Below are positions 26,213 through 26,213 of a stretch of 26,213 nucleotides of DNA, piece after piece (position 1 is the first letter of the stretch; each line of letters starts with the position of its first letter). The notes under the pieces are model-generated. The model was not told the origin of the DNA, did no database searches, and worked only from the letters and a program-made list of their open reading frames with translations. The position numbers and the translations under genes are program-made. The DNA is from a virus (lineage: Duplodnaviria; Caudoviricetes). The stretch lies in IMG/VR virus record IMGVR_UViG_3300030330_000805, positions 1-26,213 of that record, one strand, 5' to 3'.

Positions 26213-26213
26213 G

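Noticed and set aside
1-26213. Stop-codon reassignment or programmed frameshift
   Set aside because: TAA, TAG and TGA all end genes at tight junctions and the coding density is near complete under the standard code. The -1 overlaps at 8544 and 14804 have their own RBS and no obvious slippery heptamer.

Overview
This window is almost entirely the tail-morphogenesis operon of a tailed dsDNA virus (Caudoviricetes), encoded on the minus strand. In transcription order: tape-measure protein 3' end (runs off the window), 249-aa Dit/tube-initiator-like protein, 849-aa split LamG-like protein, ~2353-aa hub/Tal-like protein with very large insertions, 118-aa fibre-collar-like protein, 2086-aa and 2498-aa mosaic tail fibres, and a tail-fibre assembly chaperone. 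It meets three small plus-strand genes head-on at 694-697. GGTGA(T)/GGAGGT ribosome-binding sites at nearly every junction suggest an archaeal host; a marine Poseidoniales (MGII) 'magrovirus'-like virus is my best guess, by inference only. Most notable: (i) my manual read found no GATC and no AGCT, where roughly 100 of each are expected; (ii) nested domain insertions in the 849-aa and hub proteins; (iii) two giant fibres built from one shared set of modules, with a recurring linker and a possible fibre-to-fibre docking pair. I saw no tRNA, rRNA, CRISPR array, integrase, transposase or reverse transcriptase. All product calls come from motif recognition and gene order, not database searches.
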